Positions 11,902 through 24,811 of a stretch of DNA of 64,000 bases are shown piece after piece. The DNA comes from Nemertoderma westbladi. Taxonomy: Eukaryota; Animalia; Xenacoelomorpha. Within the stretch, counting starts at the first letter, position 1. Each line of letters opens with the position of its first letter. The translations under genes and the position numbers were made by a program. The notes beneath the pieces are model-generated. The model did no database searches, had not been told where the DNA came from, and saw nothing but the letters and a program-made list of their open reading frames with translations. The stretch is taken from NCBI GenBank assembly GCA_032718475.1, contig JAUCBJ010007616.1, positions 1 to 64,000 of the forward strand. Direction: 5' to 3'.

Positions 11902-12576
11902 ATGTACAAACCAAAGATCAGACGAATGAAAAACTTTTCAATTCGAAGAATTGAAGAATCAGATGATTTACTCAGAGTACGAAATCTTGTTTACTTAGGA
12001 TTCTTGGAAGTTTCCTGGCCATATTTCACAAACATTCTTCGTCGGCCTACATTTTACATTCCCACCGCAATTCTCTTTGGGTTTACAACATTGCATTTAA
12101 CCTCCGCGATTAACGCTCTGTTCGCCCTATTGCTTTTACTCACTGCTTTTTATCAATGGATAAAGTTTAAAATCTCTCTGTCTATTGTTACTCGTTTTAT
12201 TCGAGGTCAAATGACTAGCTGGAAAGAGATTAATGACCATTTCATTAATGTTGGTGGTGATTTCTTTGTGGCTACAATCAATGGGAAGATTGTTGGTTGT
12301 GTTGGCATGGAGATTGCTAAGGATGGCGTACCTAATATAGTCAGACTCACCACTGACATTGATTACCGTGGACGTGGGATCGCTCGGAAACTAATGGATC
12401 ACTTGATTGGAGATGCTAAGACTAAAGGATTTCATCGCCTCACGTTAGGAACATCAGAATACCAATATGGTGCGGTGTCACTCTATAAGAAAACTGGTTG
12501 GAAGCATGTTAACAGAATTGTGTTAATGGCTATCCCGTACAAGTATTATGTCAATAATTATGAAAAGTTAATTTGA
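11902..12576 (+). CDS. NAT8/camello-like GNAT N-acetyltransferase, single coding exon
   Basis: N-terminal hydrophobic segment, FFVA..NGKIVGCVG, acetyl-CoA motif YRGRGIARKLM, LGTSEYQYGAVSLYKKTGW; AATAAA at ~12619. Confidence 0.88.
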   Translation: MYKPKIRRMKNFSIRRIEESDDLLRVRNLVYLGFLEVSWPYFTNILRRPTFYIPTAILFGFTTLHLTSAINALFALLLLLTAFYQWIKFKISLSIVTRFIRGQMTSWKEINDHFINVGGDFFVATINGKIVGCVGMEIAKDGVPNIVRLTTDIDYRGRGIARKLMDHLIGDAKTKGFHRLTLGTSEYQYGAVSLYKKTGWKHVNRIVLMAIPYKYYVNNYEKLI

Positions 12577-15500
12577 TTCTTCAATTACATTTAATTTTGT
12601 TTTCACTTATATGTGGGAAATAAATGGGTTAAATCAAAAAGGAACAGTATTCCTGTATATTGATGGATAAATGTGAGATGGAAACCCTAAATAGTTAACT
12701 TATTTACGGAAGTTTGAGTTGTATTTTCGTTACCTAAAGTACTCTACTGTAGCAGTATCAACTTTTTCTGTTTTTCACGTTACACTGAATTATATTAAAA
12801 TCGTTTAATAACTTTTTCTGCCTGTGAGCCCAGGTGGGCTCCGATAATTTTTCTTATATTTTGGATGGTAGGCCTACTCAGTGTTTTTGGATCAGTTTTA
12901 CGTTGGGTGTGGCGAGTATACTGTAGCTGATACAGAAGCTCTAGCTACGTCCAACACACTTACATCGCTATATCTAATAGATGTATAACATTCTGCACTT
13001 ATGTCTCACCATAGCCTAAGTCTAGCATTACTGTACAGCCTAACATCATATCTGCATGCAATAATTTCAAGATCAACTAAAAACTTATCGTTGAGTTAAA
13101 TTGTAAACATGGCAAACAAAAAAGTGTCACTTTTGTCTACTTTTTATTTAATTCGGCGATGAATTTATAATGATATTGTAATAAGTCATTATTATATTAA
13201 TAATAAGTCTACAATTCATTTATTTAATGAATTATTTATAAACAATTAAATCACCTCTACGACAGTAAACTATTGATAATTTCCACATGTTAGTTATAAT
13301 ATTAGTCCAAATAAACACAACAAATAAATTTCAATGTTAGGATATTAGGCCCTAACATATAAATAACAACAAATAAATTTATCATTTAATATGAATAACT
13401 TAGGCGACTATGAGCAGTGAATTGAATAACTGATATTGATATGAATTGATAATTGAAAATTTATATGAATAACTTTATTATGACAATATAATATTGAAAG
13501 GCAACATATGGCTTTGCCAGTAATCCCTGAATAGGCCAATAACGTTAACTACGAGACCTAGGACGGGTGGGGGGGGGGGGGGGGGGGGGGGGCTGTCGAC
13601 GAAAATTCCCATATGTGCGAATTCACCAATGTAATTTAAATTATCAGTTAATTGAAGGAACGGTTTACATTGGCAAGCTACTAACCAAAACAATAAATGG
13701 GAAGCAATAGGTTACAGTTTCATTTTCACATGTCATTTTATCAGATATTTTACGCAGGAAAGTGTTGTCTAAGGCCTAACCCACCCTGGCCCATTCCGCC
13801 GTCATGAAGAATTCCATAGGCTTACATACTCTGCCGTGTAATGTGAAAAGACCGTAAGTTGCATTTTTCCAAAATTCACTTTTTTCTGGGTCTAAACAAT
13901 GCTCTCCTTCTAGTGTTATATTCGACAAGAGCGTATCTACTCTAGTTCTCGAGATATTCAAAGTAGAAAGTCACAACAGTGTTACAAAGGTAAAAGACCG
14001 TAAGTGCAATACAAAACGCCCATGTGAAGAATACCACGATTTCACTTTTCGGTCGACTTTTTATTGGAATTTTATATATGAAGGTTTTTCATTTTTTTAA
14101 TTTATCTTTATTAAGTGTTTTATAGCGCTTGTTTGTGTCTTATAACCTATACATACAGTGTACTAATTCGTTTATTGTTTTGGTTAGATTCAGCCCTTCT
14201 GTGACCTGTGTTTTTGGTAAAAACCTGGTATTCTTCACATGGGGGTAACTGCAAAGTGAAATATAACGGCAGAAAGTCTGGTATTCTTCACATGGGGGTA
14301 ACTGCAAAGTGAAATATAACGGCAGAAAGTCTGGTATTCTGCACATGGGCCATAATAAAGACCCCAACTACTTAAATTTATGCAAAAAATCGTAAATCTA
14401 CAAGACTTACGTTTGTTTGTCATTACATAGATAATAAGAAAACGTACATACGGTTTTATTGAAATTTGTGTCTTTTTACTTGCGGTTTTTTACTATTTGC
14501 AGAAAAGGCGCGAAATTCAAAATTGAAATTTCACCATGTCTTCACCATTATTATCATGTCTGTATGCTACGGAATTAGAGCAGAATTTAATGAAGATTTC
14601 ATATTATTTGGCGAGATATCTGTTGTATGCATTTTCATTAATTACCTGACGAAGTCCTGGGAGAAAGCTTGTAATTTAACTGTTGTTATTAATTCCAATA
14701 GTCACCTGAGGTGAACCCTTCAACCTGAGGTAAATTATAATATAATGAGGTGTTCGTAGACAATTAAAATGGTTCAAATTTAATATTGGCAATATGTTAA
14801 TTTATTGTAATAATGTATTACAGTATATTATACATACACAAACACTTCAGCTACATAAGGTTTAATTTAACAAAAAGATGATACAAAGATGCAGTGGGTA
14901 TTGCTGGGGCGCCGAGGGCAGTGGGTTTGGTTTTGGTGGTGTGCCGAGGGAAGTGGGTTTGGTTTTGGTGGGGTGGGTGCCGAGGGAAGTGGGAAGTGGA
15001 ACGGGTCGCGTGTGATCTTTAGTTAACAATAGGGGTTAACAATTGGGGAATTGTCATCACTATCTCATCTTGTTAAAGCTTTGCAACCCCCCCCCCCCCG
15101 CGTTTGTTTCAATACACTTCCAGAATTTTTTATTGCGTTGTTTAATCATTTAATCTCATAGTATGAAAGGGACTGTCAATAACATGTCTAGAATGTTTGT
15201 AATTAATTGTTGAAATTAAGTTTGGTATTGTTTATGCGAAATAATAAACAATTTTTGAATGACTCAAATTCCCATAACATACTGTAATTATTAATATGAG
15301 TTAATATTTTATATATTATTATTATTATTTTATTTATAAATTATTAATATAATATTTATTAATATTGTCACGACGTATGTTTGGAGAGTATGATTAATTT
15401 GGTAGAATCAGGTGATTATTAGTAACTTATTGGGCTAGTAGACCTATTGGGCAAATGACTTATTGGGAAAGTGACTCATTTTTAGTTTTTGTTTTATTTT

Positions 15501-15775
15501 TTATTGGGAAAGTGACTCATTGCGCAAATACAGTACAGGCCACCAGAAAAAGCAGATTCCATCCAATGTGATCACATGTGAACACATTTGTTCAAGTCAT
15601 CTGATTGGCAGGTTATGGCGAGTTATCTTCTAGATCACACAGCAGGAGGCTGGCTATCTTGCTGGGACCGACAAAGGCTTTGTGTGCGGTGCGCCTGTAT
15701 GTTTGATATCAGGACGATGAGAGAGCCCCCAGGGCGTAACATTGCGGACATGGGCTGTATTGGTAGAGAGGGAAC

Positions 15776-17255
15776 TCATTCATTCATTCAACAGAACGCC
15801 CGGGCGAACCGGTATTATATTAGTTAAAATTAAGTAAAATAGCACCATGGCTAGAATAAAATGCATATATATAAATATATAGTAAAAGCACCAGACAAAG
15901 AGAGAGGGGGAGAGGCTCTGGTTCGAGCAACTGGGAATGGGTAATGGGAGGGAACATACTTATGAACAGTGCGTGCCCATCAGCCGACCGCAACAGTAGA
16001 GGTGAGCTAACTCATAGAGTACGTATATTGGCAGAACCATACTCGTTAAATTACGTTGAAGTATTCTAGTATGAGAGAGCGTTTCTGCTCAAGACTCAAA
16101 GCACTTGTGTTGAAGACAGTGCTTATAAAGTTAGCGGAAATTCTATCCCTGCTCTGTCGGATTACTCGTGCTAATCCGTGACACAACAGATGACGTTGAG
16201 TAATAAAATGTTGTAATAGAAAAGGGGCGTGGTAGGGCATACAAGGAAACTGCAGTTCGGTAGCCAGAGGAAATGCCCTTATAATGAGTATAACGATGTA
16301 GATTACTACACAGTGCCAACCTGAACCCCAGCTGGAGAGACTGACTGGGGCAATTTAGGGTACGTAGCAGAGTTCCAACACAGAAACGCAGTGCCACCAT
16401 GGATAATGGGCTGCATCCAGATAATTTGTGCAAAGTGGAGTTATTCACATATGGTCCGAGATGAATTAGGCCACGCAGAGTTTTGCGGTAGAAGATGTCC
16501 ATGTTGTCCATGTCAGTAAGATTCATGGCACCGATATTGAACTTCAGCTGGTACATGAGCAATGGCACAGCAATGGACTCCCAAAGGTGGAAGACCACGT
16601 TTATGGGCAACCATCGTGTTGTCCAACCCTTCGAGTGGAATGTGTGGGACATGTGGGCTATAGACTGAATGGTTTCATTAAGTACATCACTGGACTTCAT
16701 GTGACTGGTGATACGAACACCCAAGAATGTTAGGGAGTTGCTCCGTTTGACCAATTCACCATTGACCTTGATGAAGCAGGGAGAGTGGTCAACTTCCTTA
16801 CCGCCCAAATCTGAAATCATCCACGAAGTTTTTGATGAAGCGAAATCCAGACCAACCTTGCCAGCTTCTTGTGACAGTACATTGATCATGTCTTCTAAGT
16901 CTGAGGCAGAAGTTCCTGATATAAGAAAATCGTCAGCATAGGAAATAACGCCTAACCAGGCATCACCAATGCGACAGCCCTTACCGGTTTCCTGCATGGT
17001 TCGTACAGCATCAGCTGTATAGAAGTTAAAGAGCACTGGGGACAGCAGTGACCCTTGTTTCAGTCCTCTTGTGGGAGAAATTCCGAGCATGTCAATCCCT
17101 TCATTGAATTTAAGAAATGTTTGACCGCACTGGTAGTAAGCAAGTAAAGTGGAAGCAATATGGGGGTTAACTCCAGATGATAGCAGTTTTCTAATTAAAG
17201 TAGCGTATTCAACGCTATCGAAGGCAGAATCTATGTCCAGTTGGCATAAAATGCA
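15776..17255 (-). mobile_element. 5'-truncated non-LTR retrotransposon (RT domain, 3'UTR, (TGAA)n tail)
   Basis: LDIDSAFDSV (frame extends upstream of the 17090 ATG), GLKQGSLLSPVLFNFY, SYADD, FLGV; tcattcattcattca at 15776-15790; clade uncertain. Confidence 0.85.
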
Positions 17256-17260
17256 AATTT

Positions 17261-17330
17261 CCCGACTGGGATTCGAACTCGTAACCTATATGTAATGCAA
17301 CCAACGCCTTAACCATCTGACCACTGACGT
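17261..17330 (-). other. tRNA-derived (SINE-head-like) segment with Pol III A and B boxes
   Basis: minus strand gtcagTGGTCAGATGGttaaggcg...GAGTTCGAATCCCagtcggg; acceptor and anticodon stems are imperfect. Confidence 0.65.
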
Positions 17331-17709
17331 TATCTAATTATAGTTAGGAGAAAAAATTTTGGTTGTTGCCTATTCAATTATGTTCAATTATGTTCAACTG
17401 TCCCATTCAACAACATTACATTACACTGGTACACACTTGATAAAATGTGTTCACAATTGTACAAATCTGCGTTTTCTGGTGGCCTGTACTGTAGCATATT
17501 AGACAAGTGACCGCACCCCACTAGATTGTACCGAACATAAAAATTGGGTTAACTGTCACTTACTTGCCCAATATGCCGCTTAACTTCATATTTAATTGCT
17601 TTTAATAATTATTATCTTGATTATTAAACTGCAAATTTTAGCAATAGATTATTGTAGACAGTTAAAATTGTTTAAAATGTAATATTGTTGATGCTAATTA
17701 ATTTACTTA

Positions 17710-18415
17710 AGGGTGGGATACACCATTTTCGGACAACTCTTCGATTTATCACTCTCAGCGTTTCAAAATTGTTTGGTTTTGGCTAAAATTTGGCATATAG
17801 GTGCCTAAGATGCTATTCTACATGACAGGTCAGAAAATTTTTTTTTTCGCTATTTAATATTAGTTAATACTAGATAACAATAAAAAAAACTTGGTTGCGC
17901 TTAAAACCCTGAGGCTTTTGCAGTTTTGAATCTAATCACATGAAAGTTTTTTTATATGATAGAGCAAAGATGGGGCAACATAACTATTAGGCGAAATTTT
18001 GTTAAAATAATTCTGCACCGCTAGGTGGCGCTGCAAATTTATGCTAATTTTTAGGTTTTTTATAAATAGTATTAAATTTTATTATCAAAAACTTTTATGC
18101 AGGGTGACTATCTAGACACCCACAGGAAGTTTCAAACTAATTACTCAAAAATTGTAGAAGTAGTAGGGTTTTGAAGTTGACAATTTCATGAAAAAAATAT
18201 TTGGAGATAATCGACCTTTCATTATACATAGTAATAGTAATTTCAATAGGATTCCCTAAATGGAAATTTACATAACTTGAAAACTAAAAGAGCTATTAAA
18301 TAGCGGTTTTCAGATTTGGAATCACCATTCAATGGTGCATTATAATAGACCATAAAAACAATTTCGACATATTTAGGACCAAAATGGTGTACCCCAGCCC
18401 CCCCCCCCCCCCCCA
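17710..18415 (+). mobile_element. Kolobok-like non-autonomous element
   Basis: TTAA|ggg..tacaccatttt ... aaaatggtgtacccc..ccc(a)|TTAA; TTAA flanks with GG/CC termini. Confidence 0.7.
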
Positions 18416-18697
18416 TTAAATGCCATTTAATAAATTCTAACGTTATATTTGGTTTTAAGTGTGTATATAGTTTGGGGGAATATGCATTTAATTTGGGGAA
18501 ATTTGTTTTTAGAGGGTTTGTTTTTTATTTCGGTAAAGATTGGATTAGGGGACCATTTCTTTGTTTTGGTGTTGAAAAATCGGTGCTTCTAGTTGCGAGT
18601 CACCGAAACCAAAATATGTGGCGTGTAAAGTAGAAACGTATAGTATCAAAAAAAGGCATCCAAAGAAAAACGCATTTAAGGTTTTATGATATGTTTA

Positions 18698-19230
18698 TTT
18701 TTATTCTTGCAACACCCTATGGGCTAGTTCGACAATTTCTGACTCAAACTTTTACGAGGAATCCGAAAATTTAAATTTAAACCACGTAGACGCAATCCTT
18801 TGTTCGCAAATATCTAATGACCGACGGATTGGCAAAATGACGGACAGTCAGACAGGCGGACAGACAGTCTAGATTTCGTGAAATGTGAAAACTGACATCA
18901 GAAATGAAATCACAAACCCGAGAAACCCCCATAGCGAGAATTTTGTTAGTTAGTATGTTTTCTTAATGTTTGACGGACAGTCGGACAAAAAGACGGACAG
19001 ATAGACAAACGGACAGGCTGTATAGATTCCATGAATTGTGAAAACTGATATCTTAATTGAAATCACGAACACAAAAAACCTCTATAGCGAGAATTTTAGT
19101 TAGCCTGTATTCTTTCTTAATGTTTGACAGACAGAGAGACAGATATATGAATGGATGTCTGGTGTCGTTTTGAACTCTGAACTCGTTTTGAATAAATTAT
19201 GAGCGATTACCCTTTAGTTTTCGTAAAATT
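18698..19230 (+). mobile_element. Helentron/DINE-1-like non-autonomous repeat with ~140-bp internal tandem units
   Basis: GACA/GACG microsatellite blocks in repeated units; the copy at ~21468-22160 has one extra unit; ends approximate. Confidence 0.45.
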
Positions 19231-19641
19231 ATTCCAAAATGGAAAACGATAGAAGATTAGTGTCATATACCACTAGATAGCCCGAAAAATTCTCTACGAG
19301 AATCGACCATCTGGAACACAACCTCGTGGGACCGAATATCGTATTGCATTTGCATTTAAAGTCGGTCCGGAGTAGAATTTCGTTACTTTCAGGAAAACCC
19401 TCAACAATATATAATTCTAATGTTTTTTTGGCTTTCATATTGAATATTTATTTTCATTTTAAAGTTGTATCCGTGGTAGCTCTAGCTGTAATATTCTGGA
19501 ATATACGGAAAATGTAGGTAGATTTAGTTCACTTATGCGGTTGTAGTTAGTCTAGCAGTGTAAGTAACATCAAAATCGTAGCATCTCATGGGATAGAACC
19601 AGTTCAAATTCATTTCATAAACTCAAATCTTTCAATTCAAA

Positions 19642-20109
19642 ATGGGTAGAACAAAGCGAACCAAATCCACGAAAAAGGAGTTGGATTATGGAGCAACAGG
19701 GATGTCAAAGATTTACAAAACCAAACTCATCAAGGTACCTGGTATTGGACCGATTTTCTGCCAGCGGATGGAAAGGAAGGGAATAACAAAGACGAATCAG
19801 CTCATAAAACGCTACTTGGACCTCAAGGGGGATTACACACAGTTTGCGGGATTTATGTATAGAGTTTGCGGACCGCATCTCTCGAAAAGGCACTTCAATC
19901 AAGTCTACAAATGGATGGTTGCACTAAGTACAGGTTACTGCACACCCAAAGCGTATCGGCGTGAAAGTGATAGTCCGGAAGCCGGGATAAGGGAAACTTT
20001 ATCAGGGACCAGCAAGGTAGAAATAAGTAACTGTCTGTGTGCGCAATCAAAGTCTAGGGGAAGAAAACGGACCCGTTCAAAGAACTCAAAAGTCTCAGGG
20101 AAACGATAA
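19642..20109 (+). CDS. Barrier-to-autointegration factor (BAF)-like protein with basic N- and C-terminal extensions, copy 1
   Basis: VPGIGPIFCQRMERKGITKTNQLIKRYLDLKGDYTQFAGFMYRVCG aligns by eye to the BAF core [46 protein letters not shown]; caaaATGG start context. Confidence 0.78.
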   Translation: MGRTKRTKSTKKELDYGATGMSKIYKTKLIKVPGIGPIFCQRMERKGITKTNQLIKRYLDLKGDYTQFAGFMYRVCGPHLSKRHFNQVYKWMVALSTGYCTPKAYRRESDSPEAGIRETLSGTSKVEISNCLCAQSKSRGRKRTRSKNSKVSGKR

Positions 20110-20532
20110 AACTTAACTATTCAAAGTCGAACTGATGTAAAGGAAACCAAACAGATAGACGTAGAAAAGCAAATCAACTCAACTCAAATCAAAACTATAA
20201 ATTATTATCTTTATAACAATATTTAGACATACAGCAGATTAGATTAGATGTATGTAGTGACAAATTGTATACATTACTGTATTACACTTCAGTAATACAC
20301 TTAGCTGATCGTTTAAAATTCTTATATTGTTTCTTCATTATTACGCGTAATTAATATTCTAGAATTAAGTGAAAAACATTAGAATTATTTCAATTTGCGT
20401 CTCAAAAACCAGTGACTATAGACCAGAGTGGATTAGATTATGTATTACATTAAAAATTCATTGAGGCACTTTATTCCACGCCTCGATGTTGTTCACAGTC
20501 TTTTCACAAAGCCGGATGAATTTGCGTTTTGT

Positions 20533-23314
20533 TTAAGGGGGGTGGGGGGGGGGGGGGGGGGGGGTACTCCATTTTCGGAGAACTCTTCGATTTATCACTC
20601 TCAGCGTTTCAAAATTGTTTGGTTTTGGCTAAAATTTGGCATATAGGTGCCTAAGATGCTATTCTACATGACAGGTCAGAAAATTTATTTTTCGCTATTT
20701 AATATTAGTTAATACTAGTTAACAATAAAAAAAACTTGGTTGCGCTTAACACCCTAAGGCTTTTACAGTTTTGAACCTAATCACATGAAAGTTTTTTTAT
20801 ATGATAGATCAAAGATGGGGTAACATAATTATTAGGCGAAATTTTGTTAAAATAATTCTGCACCGCTAGGTGGCGCTCCAAATTTATGCTAATTTTTAGG
20901 TTTTTTATAAATGGTATAAAAACTTTATTAACAAAAAATTTCGAAAAGTTGTCTGATACTTTTAGGCAGGGTGGCTATCTAGACACCCACAGGAAGTTTC
21001 AGACTAATTACTCAAAAATTGTAGAAGTAGTAGGGTTTTGAAGTTGACAATTTCATGAAAAAAATATTTGGAGATAATCGACCTTTCATTAAACATAGTA
21101 ATAGTAATTTCAATAGGATTCCCTAAATGGAAATTTACATAACTTGAAAACTAAAAGAGCTATTAACCCCCCCCCCCCCCCCCCCCTTAAATGCCATTTA
21201 ATAAATTCTAACGTTATATTTGGTTTTAAGTGTGTATATAGTTTGGGGGAATATGCATTTAATTTGGGGAAATTTATTTTTAGAGGGTTTGTTTTTTATT
21301 TCGGTAAAGATTGGATTAGGGGACCATTTCTTTGTTTTGGTGTTGAAAAATCGGTGCTTCTAGTTGCGAGTCACCGAAACCAAAATATGTGGCGTGTCAA
21401 GTAGAAACGTATAGTATCAAAAAAAGGCGTCCAGAGAAAAACGCATTTAAGGTTTTATGATATGTTTATTTTTATTCTTGCAACACCCTATGGGCTAGTT
21501 CGACAATTTCTGATCAAACTTTTACGAGGAATCCGAAAATTAAAATTTAAACCACGTAGACGCAATCCTTTGTTCGCAAATATCTAATGACCGACGGATT
21601 GGCAAAATGACGGACAGTCAGACAGGCGGACAGACAGTCTAGATTTCGTGAAATGTGAAAACTGACATCAGAAATGAAATCACAAACCCGAGAAACACCC
21701 ATAGCGAGAATTTTAGTTAGTTAGTATGTTTTCTTAATGTTTGACGGACAGTCTGACAAAAAGACGGACAGATAGACAGACGGACAGGCTGTATAGATTC
21801 CATGAATTGTGAAAACTGACATCAGACATTAAATCACGAACCCGGAAAAACCTTTTAGCGAGAATTTTAGTTAGTATGCTTTTTTAATGTTTGACAGACA
21901 GTCTGACAAAAAGTCGGACAGACAGACAAAAGAACAGACAGTCTAAAGTACGAGAAATGTGAAAACTGACATCTTAATTGAAATCACGAACACAAAAAAC
22001 CTCTATAGCGAGAATTTTAGTTAGCCTGTATTCTTTCTTAATGTTTGACAGACAGAGAGACAGAAATATGAATGGATGTCTGGTGTCGTTTTGAACTCTG
22101 AACTCGTTTTGAATAAATCATGAGCGATTACCCTTTAGTTTTCGTAAAATTATTCAAAAATGGAAAACGATAGAAGATTAGTGTTATATACCACTAGATA
22201 GCCCGAACAATTCTCTACGAGAATCGACCATCTGGAACACAACCTCGTGGGACCGAAAATCGTATTGCATTTGCATTTAAAGTCGATCCGGAGTAGAATT
22301 TGGTTACTTTCAGGAAAACCCTCAAAATATATAATTCTAATGTTTTTTTGGCTTTCATCTTGAATATTTATTTTTATTTTAAAGTTGTATCCGTGGTAGC
22401 TCTAGCTGTAATATTCTGGAATATACGGAAAATGTACGTAGATTTAGTTCACTTATGCGGTTGTAGTTAGTCTAGCAGTGTAAGTAACATAAAAATCGTA
22501 GCATCTCATGGGATAGAACCAGTTCAAATTCATTTCATAAACTCAAATCTTTCAATTCAAAATGGGTAGAACAAAGCGAACCAAATCCACGAAAAAGGAG
22601 TTGGTTTATGGAGCAACAGGGATGTCAAAGATTTACAAAACCAAACTCATCAAGGTACCTGGTATTGGTCCGATTTTCTGCCAGCGGATGGAAAGGAAGG
22701 GAATAACAAAGACGAATCAGCTCATAAAACGCTACTTGGACCTCAAGGGGGATTACACACATTTTGCGGGATTTATGTATAGAGTTTGCGGACCGCATCT
22801 CTCGAAAAGGCACTTCAATCAAGTCTACAAATGGATGGTTGCACTAAGTACAGGTTACTGCACACCCAAAGCTTATCGGCGTGAAAGTGATAGTCCGGAA
22901 GCCGGGATAAGGGAAACTTTATCAGGGACCAGCAAGGTAGAATTAAGTAACTGTCTGTGTGCGCAATCAAAGTCTAGGGTAAGAAAACGGACCCGTTCAA
23001 AGAACTCAAAAGTCTCAGGGAAACGATAAGACTTAACTATTCAAAGCCGAACTGATGTAAAGGAAACCAAACAGATAGACGTAGAAAAGCAAATCAACTC
23101 AACTCAAATCAAAACTATTAATTATTATCTTTATAACAATATTTAGACATACAGCAGATTAGATTAGATGTATGTAGTGACAAATTGTATACATTACTGT
23201 ATTACACTTCAGTAATACACTTAGCTGATCGTTTAAAATTATTATATTGTTTCTTCATTATTACGCGTAATTAATATTCTAGAATTAAGTGAAAAACATT
23301 AGAATTATTTCAAT
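20533..23314 (+). repeat. Tandem segmental duplication, copy 2
   Basis: Near-identical to 17706-20394; the MITE lacks ~100 bp near its right end. Confidence 0.95.
22562..23029 (+). CDS. BAF-like protein with basic extensions, copy 2
   Basis: Differs from copy 1 at 6 nt by manual comparison (4 amino-acid changes: D>V, Q>H, I>L, G>V). Confidence 0.78.
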   Translation: MGRTKRTKSTKKELVYGATGMSKIYKTKLIKVPGIGPIFCQRMERKGITKTNQLIKRYLDLKGDYTHFAGFMYRVCGPHLSKRHFNQVYKWMVALSTGYCTPKAYRRESDSPEAGIRETLSGTSKVELSNCLCAQSKSRVRKRTRSKNSKVSGKR

Positions 23315-24634
23315 GAATAAACACATCCCTTATAAGGATTAATTCACTAGAGACGGGCCTAGCGGCCCATGAAGCAAGTCGTAGGAAACAAGTATGAGTC
23401 AAGTAAAAGCTCTTTGTTCTGTCTGATAATAATAAATTAGTGTGAGGGTAGTCCCGGTGGTGTACGAGAACGTTTCTAGACAACTTCAAACTATAATTAT
23501 TATGTTGTAATCATCTAATGAATTATAAAAGCTGTTGTGATTATAGAAGATAGAGAGCAGTTAGCGAAATGATTATTTTGTTCTATCGGATAGAGTAGTC
23601 TGAGTCTCAGAGAGGAGTCGAGGTGTCAATTGATTAATAATAATAACAGCAGTTGTCATGAATTCAATACAATCGCGCACAAAAAATGATAAGACAAATT
23701 CGGTCTTATTTTTGTAATAAATAAAACAAGTTGAGATGTTTCAATGTAAACCGCGATTAACAATTTGCACTGTTCAATGTAAACCACGATATTAATTAAA
23801 TCAACAATTATATTATTATTATAACAGATTTTTATATTTCAAACTATAATGTTAGCCTTATGGAGAATCATTATGAGGCTGAGTAAACATGCAGCCTTAT
23901 AAGAATACAGCCTCCACAGTATTAATGTTGGCACAAAGATTTTAAAATAAAACAATAATTAAATGAGAGCTAGAGAGCACAGTACAATCAATAGTAGCCA
24001 ACACACTGTGGTAACTAACAGTCATTTAGCTCGCACGCCAATTAATTAACATAGCAAGAATGCTTTGGGAAGAGTTATTCAGCTGAGACTGTAATAGCCA
24101 GCTAAACCAGTTAATGTTTGCTTCCTGTCTGGGTTGTAGAGTAGAGTGATAATACTTGGCAGAGAAAGTACGTCTTTGTTAGTTTGCCCTTCCTATTGAA
24201 TGCATTACCAGGCCATCTCTTACATTTTTCATGAGTGCCAGCTGGCGTTTTTATCATTGCGCCTATGGCATTTTTCGTGTTTTTGGGGCTATTTTTCGAA
24301 ATAAAACAAGTTGAGATGTTTCAATTTAAACCGCGATTTCACAAGTACCCATACAAATCTATTTTCATGGTTCATGCAAAATTTCATCAAAATCGTTAAG
24401 AGCCGTTTTTGCTCTAGGTCAGTAGTCTGTAGCCAGTAGCCAGTAGTCAGTAGCCAGTAGTTTTTTTTTCTTACAGTAATCAAGTCTAACTACTTGCTAA
24501 CTAATTTAATGATTATCCCGCATTTTAATCACCAATTTTATTGGGGGACCAAGTGCAGTGGGTTTTGTTTGGGCGTCATGGGTATTGTTGGGGCGTTGGG
24601 GCGCCCCAACCATTTCTTTCGTTGTTGAGAATGT

Positions 24635-24811
24635 ATAACCCCGTGAGACCAAGTTGCTGAATTTCGAGATATATAGATTGACAAAAGTGAAAGTAACTAA
24701 GTAACACATTTGATATATATACATTTGAATATAATTTGGAAGGAGGTCCTGAACAGCGGATATTAAGCCCGATTCGCAATCAGACATAATTGTATGATTT
24801 TCAGGTATCAC
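24635..24811 (-). pseudogene. MULE (Mutator-like) transposase fragment
   Basis: TIMSDCESGLISAVQDLLP followed, after a frameshift, by YFHFCQSIY..IQQLGL (D-x-E and C-x-x-H-like region). Confidence 0.7.

Larger units (their letters stand above)
15531..17491. mobile_element. Tc1/mariner-type MITE, copy 2, carrying a LINE fragment and tRNA-like segment
   Basis: Same TIRs and TA flanks as 9701-10410; the first ~245 bp and last ~140 bp are homologous, the interior is different. Confidence 0.85.
17706..20394 (+). repeat. Tandem segmental duplication, copy 1 (MITE + Helentron-like repeat + BAF-like gene)
   Basis: Near-identical to 20533-23314 apart from a few indels. Confidence 0.95.

Noticed and set aside
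17261-17330. Functional tRNA gene
   Set aside because: Acceptor and anticodon stems do not pair convincingly; treated as a tRNA-derived head
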